Positions 17,403-26,492 of a stretch of DNA of 58,379 bases are shown one piece after another. The notes beneath the pieces are model-generated. The model ran no database searches, was not told the DNA's origin, and saw only the letters and a list, made by a program, of their open reading frames with translations. The DNA comes from Candidatus Magasanikiibacteriota bacterium. Lineage in GTDB: Bacteria; Patescibacteriota; Patescibacteriia; Magasanikbacterales; UBA922. Numbering within the stretch: the stretch's first letter is position 1; each line of letters begins with the position of its first letter. The translations under genes were made by a program, and so were the position numbers. The DNA is taken from positions 1 to 58,379 of the forward strand of contig JBDROX010000003.1 of NCBI GenBank assembly GCA_043809645.1. The letters are read 5' to 3'.

Positions 17403-19295
17403 TTATCTCTTCTGAGCTGCTCGAACAATTGCAGAAGCATCAATTCCAGCAGCCTTGTACAACTCTTCCCACTTTCCAGATAGCTGGTATTCCCTTACAC
17501 CAAGCATTGTGAATGATGAAAGATGAATATCTCTTTCTTGAATCTCTCGAGCAATCTGACTTCCAAACCCAGACTCAACCACATGATCTTCAACAGTAAT
17601 AAGTCGATTTGTTTTTTTAACTGACTGAAAAAGTGTTTTATCAAATTTCTTTGGCGAACTGAGCACTACAATTTCTGCTGAAATGCCTTTTTCTTTAAGG
17701 ATTTCATATGATTTCAGTGCCTCATGTACTGTAGCACCAGATGCCGCGATTGTGACATCTTTCCCAGCTCGCAAAAGATCGCATCTTCCGTACTCATATT
17801 TGTAATTCTTGTCGTACAGAAGTGATCCATTTTCTTTCATAAGCACAGGAACTTTATGTCTTCCCATACGAACATAAAAGTTCCCTTTTTCTCTTGCTGC
17901 GTAGCGGATGATTCTATCACAATGGTTCGGGTCAGCAGGCTCTATAACTTTGGTATTTAGCAGCCCCGCCATTGACCCAATATCATCGATAGCCTGATGT
18001 GTTGGACCATCTTCTCCGACCGAAAGACCGCAGTGTGTAGCAACCATTTTGACATTTGTTTCATTAATATCATTCACCCGAGCCTGATCTTTCGCGCGAC
18101 TCGTCATGAATGCACCAAATGTTGAACAAAATGGAACTAACCCTGAGAAACTCAGACCACCAGAACAAGAAACCATCTGCTGCTCTGCTATACCACAGTC
18201 GATATGACGTGCTGGATATGCATCTTTGACATAATCCGTCCTCACAGATGAAGCAAGGTCAGCTGTGAGTGCAATAATTTGCTCATTCTTCTGCGCGAGA
18301 CTCAGAAGTGCCTTTCCATATGCACTTCTACAGTCTACCACTTCACCCTTTTTATATTCTATCGGTGTACCAGTCTTGATGTTTGGAACTACATCAGTCT
18401 TCTTTGGCTTCCAGGAAACACTTTTTCTAAAATCAGAAAGCCTTGCTTCCTCTTTTTCAGTGAGACGAAGAAGGTGGAGATCTTTTTCAATCTGCTCTAC
18501 TGTTGCAGCCTTTCCATGCCATGTTGCATGTTTTATTTGCCCTTCTTTCTCCATAAGCACTGACCCCTTTCCCATAACTGTATGCCCGAGGATGAGTGCT
18601 GGCTTATTCTTTATTTTCCCTGCTTTTCCAAGCGCTGACCAGATATTCTGATAATCATGTCCATCAATTTCTATAACAATCCATCCAGCGGCTTCGAAAT
18701 GTGCCTTTGGATCAAGTGGCATTACCTTTTTTAGACTATCAGATAACTGAACTTCATTGTAATCCATGAAGACAACAAAATTATCAAGCTCATACTTCGC
18801 AGCGAAGTTCATCATTTCATAGACCTGCCCTTCCTGAGACTCTCCATCCCCGATGAGTCCGTAGACAATTCCCTTTTGATTTTTTATTTTCTGTGCAAGT
18901 GCAAACCCGCTTGCAGCACTGACTCCACAGCCAAGCGGTCCTGTGCCGTACCAGACACCTGGCACATGTCGCGTAACATGCCCCTCGAACTTGGAGCCAA
19001 ACTTTCTAAAATTCTTAATTGCATCCTTTTTTGAAACATATCCCATTTCTGCCAGGATACTATAGACAGCTGGAGAAATATGGCCGTTGGAAACGATAAC
19101 CGGATCTCCTGTTTTCGATATAACAAAAGCATAAAGTATGCTGAGATAGTCAACACAGGAAAGCGACCCACCAGGATGTCCACTTCCAGCATTTGTTGTC
19201 ATCTGGAGAATCGAGTGTCTACAGGACTTGGAAAAAACGTTGAGAAAGTCTATTTGATCCTTGTTGAGTTTTGAGATCAGTTTTGGTATATGCAT
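17403..19295 (-). CDS. tkt: Transketolase (single chain)
   Basis: SGHPGGSLS, SNGH, TGPLG.G, ThDP motif GDGESQEG, GIAEQQM, GEDGPTHQ. Confidence 0.95.
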   Translation of the reverse strand: MHIPKLISKLNKDQIDFLNVFSKSCRHSILQMTTNAGSGHPGGSLSCVDYLSILYAFVISKTGDPVIVSNGHISPAVYSILAEMGYVSKKDAIKNFRKFGSKFEGHVTRHVPGVWYGTGPLGCGVSAASGFALAQKIKNQKGIVYGLIGDGESQEGQVYEMMNFAAKYELDNFVVFMDYNEVQLSDSLKKVMPLDPKAHFEAAGWIVIEIDGHDYQNIWSALGKAGKIKNKPALILGHTVMGKGSVLMEKEGQIKHATWHGKAATVEQIEKDLHLLRLTEKEEARLSDFRKSVSWKPKKTDVVPNIKTGTPIEYKKGEVVDCRSAYGKALLSLAQKNEQIIALTADLASSVRTDYVKDAYPARHIDCGIAEQQMVSCSGGLSFSGLVPFCSTFGAFMTSRAKDQARVNDINETNVKMVATHCGLSVGEDGPTHQAIDDIGSMAGLLNTKVIEPADPNHCDRIIRYAAREKGNFYVRMGRHKVPVLMKENGSLLYDKNYKYEYGRCDLLRAGKDVTIAASGATVHEALKSYEILKEKGISAEIVVLSSPKKFDKTLFQSVKKTNRLITVEDHVVESGFGSQIAREIQERDIHLSSFTMLGVREYQLSGKWEELYKAAGIDASAIVRAAQKR

Positions 19296-19409
19296 ACTTT
19301 CTACTTTTTACTTCGTACTTATTCCCATTTTACCACAAAGGCAGACAATTGGCATCTGCACCTTACTGCGCTAAGGTAATCGCTGTCACAATATCGATCA
19401 GGAGGGACT

Positions 19410-19832
19410 GTGGCAGACAATAGACAGCTTAAAACTACTATTCGGGACAGATCTTCATCCTGTCTAGGAAGGAGATGCGGTGTATCATGACTCTCCAAGA
19501 TGAAAACTGCACTGTCGCAGCAAAAGCTGTGTACCCGGAAGTTTCAGAATCCAGTGGCCACCCGAGACAGGGAAGCCTTGCTCTACCTCTCGGATCTCAG
19601 CCTCAGCCGCCGCCTGTTGTTCACTTCAGCGAGAGCCTTCCTGTCAAACAACAACCGAAGACGACGTGTAGCCAACAAAATCTGCTGGGCAATTCTAAGG
19701 CTTGGCCAGAGCAATCCGGCCGAAACACGACACCAGAGAGAGAAGGAACGTGGGCGGTTGATGATATGTCCAAACCCTGCATTTCATCTGTCCACCGTCC
19801 AAAAAAACCCGCTAATGGCGGGCTTTTTATAA
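19410..19832 (+). pseudogene. GC-rich orphan reading frame with internal TGA (or a 110-aa ORF from 19500)
   Basis: AGGAGG then GTG 19410; TGA at 19488-19490; same frame continues with GC-ending codons to 19832 and runs through a terminator hairpin. Confidence 0.4.
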
Positions 19833-19851
19833 ACAGGATACAAGGCACAGG

Positions 19852-20721
19852 TTATGCACCATGTGTTTCAAGCAACTCATTCCAATCCTTTGCAAAATTG
19901 CTGAGCCCAGTGTCAGTGAGGTCGTGTGATATATCAAATAACTTCCAATCAGCGCTTAAATCAAATTTCTCATATGGAATAGGCGCTAAACCAAACACAT
20001 CCTTTTCTTCAAGCCCTTCTGTGTTCGTCGGCATGTCAGCATCCACCCAACCCAGAAGATCTTCATATGGAATGGTAATAATATCCATTCCAGCTTCGAT
20101 AATATGTGCGATGTCATAGATGCCATGTACACTTGCTGCCAGAATACTTACCGGACTATCCACCTCTCTGTACATCTTCTGAATATTCTCAAGAAGTGTG
20201 AATCCATTCTTCCCAATTTTATCCAATCGAGAAACAAAAGGAGAAATAAATACCTGCCCTGGCTCCGCACCACTGAGTGCAACATGAACTGCCGCGGCTT
20301 GTTCCTGCGAAAAACAGAGTGTCATATTCACTCGCACACCTTCGGAAACAAGTTTCTCTGCAACCTCGAGTCCTGCTGGAATGATCGGAAGCTTAATATG
20401 CGCATTTGGAATCCAAGTATTCATCTCACGTGCCTGTGCTAGCATGTCTTCTGCTTTTGTATTTTCGTCCGCATATACCTCGATAGAAACAGAACCTTCC
20501 ACACCTACAAGTTGGGAGATCTCCTGTGCAAGCTTCTTGTATACCGCGAGGAGCTCTTCAAGTGAAAACTTTTTTCCTTCCTCTACTGCCTTTTTTACAT
20601 CAGGATTCTTTTTTGCAAAATACGTTGGGTTCGTCGTCTGCCCATCAAGAAAGCCAAGCTTGCCAACAATTATTTTTGTGTCTTCTGAGCTTCCACTGTC
20701 GAGAAATATTTTTGTTTTCAT
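19852..20721 (-). CDS. tal: Transaldolase family protein
   Basis: IFLDS, GQTTNP, VSIEV, HIKLP, VNMTLCFS, FISPFVSR, ILAAS. Confidence 0.93.
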   Translation of the reverse strand: MKTKIFLDSGSSEDTKIIVGKLGFLDGQTTNPTYFAKKNPDVKKAVEEGKKFSLEELLAVYKKLAQEISQLVGVEGSVSIEVYADENTKAEDMLAQAREMNTWIPNAHIKLPIIPAGLEVAEKLVSEGVRVNMTLCFSQEQAAAVHVALSGAEPGQVFISPFVSRLDKIGKNGFTLLENIQKMYREVDSPVSILAASVHGIYDIAHIIEAGMDIITIPYEDLLGWVDADMPTNTEGLEEKDVFGLAPIPYEKFDLSADWKLFDISHDLTDTGLSNFAKDWNELLETHGA

Positions 20722-20936
20722 AGGTATGAATTATGAATCTTGAAACAGAAATTATGATAAAAACAGTATAACACGTAAAAGAAAAAACCACTCGTAGTAA
20801 GTAATTCTCTCCCGTTTTTTCTCTAGAAAGCGTAAAACCAAAAGGTGTGTGATTTTTTTGATCACGCAGGAACCAGACTGTTCGAGACATGGAAGCAACC
20901 CAAAATATCAAGTCAATACAAACCAATCCCCACCAA

Positions 20937-21022
20937 ATATCCACACCAAGAACCCAAAATTGTATACACTACTCTATACATTGTGGATAAGTATGTGGAA
21001 AACTATGATCATTTGTGGATAA
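20937..21022. promoter_or_regulatory. DnaA-box cluster outside oriC
   Basis: TGTGGATAA (20982, 21014), TGTGGAAAA (20994), ATATCCACA (20937). Confidence 0.7.
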
Positions 21023-21129
21023 CTTGACAGACTTTCTCCACACTGAACTAGAATGTATACACTATTCTATACAAAAAAATTGGCAAAAACGACCGTTTTG
21101 TCGCTAAAATTAGCAAAAAACCGCAAGAC

Positions 21130-21158
21130 TTGACAAAAGTAGTTTTTTATGCTATAAT
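21130..21158 (+). promoter_or_regulatory. Consensus sigma70 promoter with extended -10
   Basis: TTGACA-17-TATAAT with TG upstream of the -10. Confidence 0.85.
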
Positions 21159-21164
21159 TGTTTA

Positions 21165-21566
21165 TGTAGCGTTCATTACACGAACATGTTGTCCAGAAGC
21201 TTTTCTGGCCAATATGTCCCCCTTCTTTACTACTCCTTTATCCAGGCTTTTCCCTTCCCTCTTCGCGTTGGACTGGTTGAGATCACTCCCGCAACGTGTC
21301 ATAAAACAAAAATAAAAGGAAAAACAAAGAGATAAGCTTGGAATCGGTGCCTCTCACTTATTACATCAGTATGCTTCGCGCTACTATGTCAGAGAGTCTA
21401 CACCATCATGAGTGGTAGAAGGGTGTATAAATCTTTGGATTTAGTGATCCTCTAGACGTTCCCTGCTTTCGACATATCGAGCACAGAGATCGTCTAGATG
21501 GCCCGTGATCCTGAGACAAAAGAGCCAGTCCATAAAATCACATTTCAGGGGCGTTGGCTCTTTTTA
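21165..21566 (+). ncRNA. Candidate structured non-coding RNA or long leader
   Basis: Bounded by a consensus promoter and an AAAAGAGCCA/TGGCTCTTTT terminator; several nested stems; no convincing ORF. Confidence 0.4.
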
Positions 21567-21646
21567 TATTGCAAAATTTTTATCTTCTATATATACTATA
21601 GGTAAGTATTGAAAATACGCTTCGATCATTTGTTATTCTGTTTCGT

Positions 21647-22036
21647 ATGGCTAATAAGTCAACACACTCAAAAAAATTCCTAGAGGAAATAAAAAAAAGC
21701 CTTCTCGAGGAGCAAGAACGAATTCAAACCGAACTTGAAAAGTTCACCACCAAGAACCCAAACGTTGTTGGTGATTTTGATGCAACATTCCCTGAGTATG
21801 GAGATGAAAGTGATGACAACGCACGAGAAATCGCTCAGTACACAGTGAATAAGCCTCTTGAGGTCACGCTAGAGAAGACCCTCAGAGATATCAAAAATTC
21901 TCTTAAAAGCATTGGGGCAGGAACATACGGTGTCTGCAAGTACTGTGACAATCAAATGTCTGAAAGGCGCCTACTTGCACGCCCCACTTCCAGTGCCTGT
22001 GTCGACTGCAAGAAGACTCTCACCCAAGAAGCATAA
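21647..22036 (+). CDS. TraR/DksA C4 zinc-finger family protein
   Basis: Coiled coil with acidic tip, GTYGVCKYC...RRLLARP...CVDC. Confidence 0.92.
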   Translation: MANKSTHSKKFLEEIKKSLLEEQERIQTELEKFTTKNPNVVGDFDATFPEYGDESDDNAREIAQYTVNKPLEVTLEKTLRDIKNSLKSIGAGTYGVCKYCDNQMSERRLLARPTSSACVDCKKTLTQEA

Positions 22037-22509
22037 TGGGTGATACTATGAAATCAAGAAAGGCTCGCTTTAGTATCTATATAGCCATAAGCGGGTTTTT
22101 TTTATTGATTGATCAGCTACTGAAGCAATACGCACTCGCTAACCAGGACTACACCTATTACCTGGGTACATCGTGGTTTGGCTGGGAATACCTAGGAAAT
22201 TCAGGCATTGCCTTCAGTCTCCAGTTTCCAAATTTCCTGCTTATTCTCATTACACCCCTTGTTCTCCTCACACTTCTTCTATTTCTCATAAAACAAAACC
22301 TGGAACCACTTCAGTCTCTTGGCATACTCCTCATAGTCGGTGGTGCAATATCAAACTTTATAGATAGAATTCTCTACTCCCTTACCATCGACTACATTCG
22401 GCTTTTTACCTCTGTCATTAACATTGCAGACGTCATGATAGTAGTTGGCGCTGTATTTCTGCTCGTGAATGAGGTGAGTGCAAGGAAAAAAGACAAGTGT
22501 CAGAATTGA
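22036..22509 (+). CDS. lspA: Lipoprotein signal peptidase II
   Basis: DQLLK, NSGIAFS, GAISNFIDR, IDYI, NIADVMI. Confidence 0.93.
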   Translation: MGDTMKSRKARFSIYIAISGFFLLIDQLLKQYALANQDYTYYLGTSWFGWEYLGNSGIAFSLQFPNFLLILITPLVLLTLLLFLIKQNLEPLQSLGILLIVGGAISNFIDRILYSLTIDYIRLFTSVINIADVMIVVGAVFLLVNEVSARKKDKCQN

Positions 22510-22676
22510 CAATTATTTTCATATCCTGCAAACTGTGTCATTAGTGCTCAGTTTTTTATTTTCAAAAGCGCTGTCTAGATCCAAGCCCCCTGTATAGGAG
22601 TTTTGGAGTTGGATAGTGTTCGCAAGCACTTCAGAAGGTCTGAAGCACAACCGAACCAATCAGGAGGAACCAACAC

Positions 22677-22893
22677 ATGATGAGGGCTATGAGCATTTCA
22701 GAGACAGAGCAACAGGCACTTCATCAACGCAGAGCGTGCAGTGATGAAAGTCATGAACTGGCTGGAAGACGCGCAACAGCGCAACCGTCAAGAACTGGTT
22801 CTGGCCTACACTGACAAGCTCATCGAACTGGTGAAGAACACCTCATACACCGAGGCACTCGCCGAGAGGAAGCACCGGCTCACCGGCAACTAG
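22677..22893 (+). pseudogene. Small GC-rich orphan, apparently frameshifted
   Basis: AGGAGG then ATG 22677 (MMRAMSISETEQQAL); a helical-looking frame INAERAVMKVMNWLEDAQQRNRQELVLAYTDKLIELVK... continues in +1 to TAG 22893. Confidence 0.45.
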
Positions 22894-23010
22894 CCAATCA
22901 TCGCCCCGACCCACGCTGGAGCACTCCGCTTTGGCGTGGGAAGGGATATCACACACCGCTGAGGTGTTTTTTTGTTGTGTTATAATAGAACGAACATAAC
23001 TGGAGGAACT

Positions 23011-24531
23011 ATGTTTACAAAAATAAACTCTGCTGCCGTCCTAGGACTCGACTGTGCTCCTATTACTATAGAAGTAGATATCGCAGGGAGCTGGCCAGGA
23101 TTCCAAATTGTTGGTCTCCCTGATGCAGCCATACAAGAAGCCAAAGAACGAATACGAACAGCATGGAAAAACACGCTTTTGTCTTTTCCTTCGAATAGCC
23201 GCATCGTCATCAACTTAGCACCAGCCGATGTGCGCAAGGAAGGTGCAGGATACGACTTGCCGATGGCGGTTGGCATGTATCTGGCAAGCGAAAAAAATGG
23301 TATCGATCTGTCAGACACTCTCTTTGTCGGAGAGCTTGCTCTCGATGGATCACTGAGACACACCAACGGTATTCTTCCACTCGCGATCTTTGCAAAACAA
23401 AAAGGATACAAACGTATCTTCGTACCAAGTATCAATGCCCCAGAAGCCAGCCTCATCGAAGACCTGGAAGTCTATCCTGTAGAATCCTTCCGATCTGCAG
23501 TCAACCATCTAACCGGCGCAGAACTCATAAAGCAAATTCCGATTGAACCTCTGGACTCCTGGTTCGAGAGAAATGTATATGAGATGAACATGGCACATGT
23601 GAAAGGTCAGGAGTTTGTAAAGCGTGCACTGGAAATAGCTGCGAGTGGTGCTCACAACACTCTACTCTCTGGTCCGCCAGGCTCTGGCAAGACACTCCTC
23701 GCACGAACACTTCCTTCTATTCTTCCAAAGATGACGACAGCCGAAGCTATTGAAGTAACGAAGATCTATTCTGTTGCAGGAATCCTGCCAACAGACCGGC
23801 CACTCATCACAACCAGACCTTTCCGAGCACCACATCACAGTGCTAGTGGAGTAGCGCTCGTTGGCGGCGGCAAGTTCCCGCGCCCTGGAGAAATTTCACT
23901 CGCCCACAGAGGTGTTCTTTTTTTAGATGAATTCCCAGAATTTCCAAGACAGGTACTGGAAAATCTCAGGCAGCCACTCGAAGACGGTATTGTGACAATC
24001 TCAAGGGCGCAGGGAACCATTACCTTTCCTGCACGATTTACCCTTGTAGCAAGTCAAAACCCATGTCCATGTGGCTATGCAAGCGATCCAGATAGGAACT
24101 GTATATGTTCCCCAATCCAAATATCAAGATATACAAAAAAAATAAGTGGTCCACTCCTCGACAGGATTGATCTCCATATAGAAGTGCCACGAGTTGATTT
24201 TGAAAAACTGAGCACAGATGACCTTGCAGAAGATTCTGAAATAATTCGTGCACGAGTAGAGGAGGCCAGAGAAAGACAAAACATGAGACTCAAAGACTCA
24301 CCATGTGCAGCGAATAGTGAGATGCGAAATCGAGATATTCGCGAGCATTGCAAACTGGGCGACACCTCCATCGACCTCATGCGCCAAGCCGTCTCACACA
24401 TGCATCTCTCTGCCCGCAGTTATCACCGTATTCTCAAGCTCGCCAGAACCATTGCTGACCTTGCTGGGAAAGATTCGATTGAAACCACGCATATTGCAGA
24501 GGCGCTGCAATATAGGGCAAAAAGTGAGTAA
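23011..24531 (+). CDS. comM: YifB/ComM family Mg-chelatase-like AAA+ ATPase
   Basis: IVGLPD, INLAPAD.RKEG, GPPGSGKT, RPFRAPHH, GEISLAHRGVLFLDEFPEF, NPCPCG, LSARSY. Confidence 0.95.
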   Translation: MFTKINSAAVLGLDCAPITIEVDIAGSWPGFQIVGLPDAAIQEAKERIRTAWKNTLLSFPSNSRIVINLAPADVRKEGAGYDLPMAVGMYLASEKNGIDLSDTLFVGELALDGSLRHTNGILPLAIFAKQKGYKRIFVPSINAPEASLIEDLEVYPVESFRSAVNHLTGAELIKQIPIEPLDSWFERNVYEMNMAHVKGQEFVKRALEIAASGAHNTLLSGPPGSGKTLLARTLPSILPKMTTAEAIEVTKIYSVAGILPTDRPLITTRPFRAPHHSASGVALVGGGKFPRPGEISLAHRGVLFLDEFPEFPRQVLENLRQPLEDGIVTISRAQGTITFPARFTLVASQNPCPCGYASDPDRNCICSPIQISRYTKKISGPLLDRIDLHIEVPRVDFEKLSTDDLAEDSEIIRARVEEARERQNMRLKDSPCAANSEMRNRDIREHCKLGDTSIDLMRQAVSHMHLSARSYHRILKLARTIADLAGKDSIETTHIAEALQYRAKSE

Positions 24532-24586
24532 AAATTAATATGAGAATAAGACAAATTTGCCTTATTCTAGCTAAATATTCAGACAG

Positions 24587-24620
24587 CACCCTTGACAAGA
24601 GGGTGTTTTTGTGGTATAGT
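24587..24620 (+). promoter_or_regulatory. Terminator-like hairpin carrying a -35 box, plus -10
   Basis: CACCCT-TGACAAG-AGGGTG-TTTTT; TTGACA-17-TATAGT. Confidence 0.75.
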
Positions 24621-24705
24621 TTCTGGTCGGTTTTTGTGGCTACGACATAAAATTCATGCTACGTCACCAACGGACAGGGGAAAAGTTGTGCAGAAGGGAA
24701 GCAAG

Positions 24706-24900
24706 ATGCGGCGCAAGGTGGAGAAAGTTGCAAAGATCATGCTGATCACAAGCTTGATCGTGTCACTGTCTATTGAGTCACCGTTCTTGAAAGAAATCTT
24801 CAAGGCGTTGACCTTCATTAGTGCGGGCGTATCACTAGGCTCCTGTGCTACTCAAATCACCATATTGAAAGAGGAGATAAGGGAGATAGATGAGTATTAA
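24706..24900 (+). CDS. Small orphan membrane protein (64 aa)
   Basis: Two hydrophobic segments; purine-rich RBS; own promoter and terminator. Confidence 0.55.
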   Translation: MRRKVEKVAKIMLITSLIVSLSIESPFLKEIFKALTFISAGVSLGSCATQITILKEEIREIDEY

Positions 24901-25007
24901 TAGCTGACAGGAAGGGGAACACCATGCGTTGGTGTTTTTTTGTTTTGTCTTAATAATATATTATGCTACCATAATCAAACATCATTATTTATTCTTATGA
25001 GAATTTT

Positions 25008-26417
25008 ATGAGAGAAGACTTCTTGGAGAAGAAAAGGAGAGTACTTACAAAAGCACTGGAACACCTGGACACTATATCATCCGAGGAGGATTATCTCAGA
25101 AAAAGAAGTGACGCAACGATCCAGAAGCGTGCCCTTCAAATGAAAAGGGCAAAAAATTCTGCGTTCGATACTGTTGCACTCTGGGGGCTCTACGGAAAAG
25201 AAGACATGCACAGATACAAATCTCTCACACTTCCACTCTTTTCTACCACAGCAGGAGGCTCTTATGACAGCCTCCTAGACGGATCGCTCCTACTCTCATA
25301 CCAGACAACCAATGACCCGAACAAGATATACTCTCGTATTGATAATATCAATCCAGACCACCTCGCATGGAAGTTCGCAGCGCTCGAAGGCTTCGATGTT
25401 TCAGAACTCACCGAGGGACTCTGCACCTCCTCTGGCATGTCTGCGATCACTATGGCGACTATGCCGTTCATGAAGCCAGGCGACAACTGTGTGTCATCGA
25501 ACAGAGTGTACGGTGGAACACAACAGCTCTTTGGTGTGACATTTCCGAACTTTGGATGGTCAAATCGATGGGTAGACGAGCCATGGAATCTTGAATCCTG
25601 GGAGAAAAAAATTGATGAAAAAACAAAGTTTCTTTTTGTAGAATCTCCAAGTAATCCAACACTCTACGTCGCAGATATCCGCGCACTGTCTGATCTTGCG
25701 CATACTCATGACATTCCACTCATAGTCGACTCCACACTTGCCTCTCCAGCACTCTCACGTCCACTAGAGCATGGCGCAGACATTGTGGTACACTCTATGT
25801 CAAAAGTATCGAACGGAAGCTGTAGATCGATCGGTGGCGTCATAGTTACGAAGGAAACTATAGTGACCAAGTCAGAAGAACTCAGAGACCACTTCGCAAA
25901 TAAACTCAAAGGTGGGCACTTCAGAAATCTCGGTTCATGCCTATCACCATTCAACGCTATGATGATCTGGGATGAGATGGGGACGATCCGCATCCGCATG
26001 AAAGAGCATTGCAGAAAGGCAATGGTTATTGCCCACTTCCTCGACAAACACCCAATGATCGAGCATGTGAACTATCCAGGACTTTCAAATCATCCTCAGC
26101 ATGAACTGGCAAAGAAACTCCTAAAATTCCCTGATGGAGAAAATGGCTTTGGTTATCTCATGTCGTTCAATATCAAAGGTGGTCTCGAGAAAGCGGCTGA
26201 GTTTGCACAGGTATTTGACTTCGGTGCACAGGTGACCCACCTCGGTGGAAGCTATACTGTCTGGGTCCACAATGCAACGACGACTCATGGCCAGATGACT
26301 TCTGAAGAAAGACAAAAAGCTGGCGTTCTCGACAACATGATAAGATATTCAGTTGGACTCGAGGGCACAGACGACGCTATTGCATCGCTGGACAGAGCGC
26401 TGAAAAAAATTTCTTAA
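25008..26417 (+). CDS. PLP-dependent trans-sulfuration family enzyme (MetB/MetY/MetZ/methionine gamma-lyase-like)
   Basis: YSRIDN.N, AALEG, SSGMSA, VYGGT, ESPSNP, VDST, HSMSK (PLP Lys), VNYPGL, IRYSVGLE. Confidence 0.92.
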   Translation: MREDFLEKKRRVLTKALEHLDTISSEEDYLRKRSDATIQKRALQMKRAKNSAFDTVALWGLYGKEDMHRYKSLTLPLFSTTAGGSYDSLLDGSLLLSYQTTNDPNKIYSRIDNINPDHLAWKFAALEGFDVSELTEGLCTSSGMSAITMATMPFMKPGDNCVSSNRVYGGTQQLFGVTFPNFGWSNRWVDEPWNLESWEKKIDEKTKFLFVESPSNPTLYVADIRALSDLAHTHDIPLIVDSTLASPALSRPLEHGADIVVHSMSKVSNGSCRSIGGVIVTKETIVTKSEELRDHFANKLKGGHFRNLGSCLSPFNAMMIWDEMGTIRIRMKEHCRKAMVIAHFLDKHPMIEHVNYPGLSNHPQHELAKKLLKFPDGENGFGYLMSFNIKGGLEKAAEFAQVFDFGAQVTHLGGSYTVWVHNATTTHGQMTSEERQKAGVLDNMIRYSVGLEGTDDAIASLDRALKKIS

Positions 26418-26492
26418 CATCTAAAAACAAAAAAACACCCCGCTACATGGCCGGGTGTTTTTGCTTTGTGATATATGCCTTGTGTCAGGTGA

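Noticed and set aside
19475-20119. 214-aa ORF
   Set aside because: Crosses a terminator and overlaps tal on the opposite strand; the neighbouring frame shows the better codon pattern.
20645-20944. 99-aa hydrophobic minus-strand ORF
   Set aside because: Overlaps the tal start and upstream region, no clear RBS or motif; cannot be supported.
21130-21315. 61-aa ORF
   Set aside because: Its TTG start is the -35 box of a consensus promoter; the same applies to the listed starts at 24592 and 48587.
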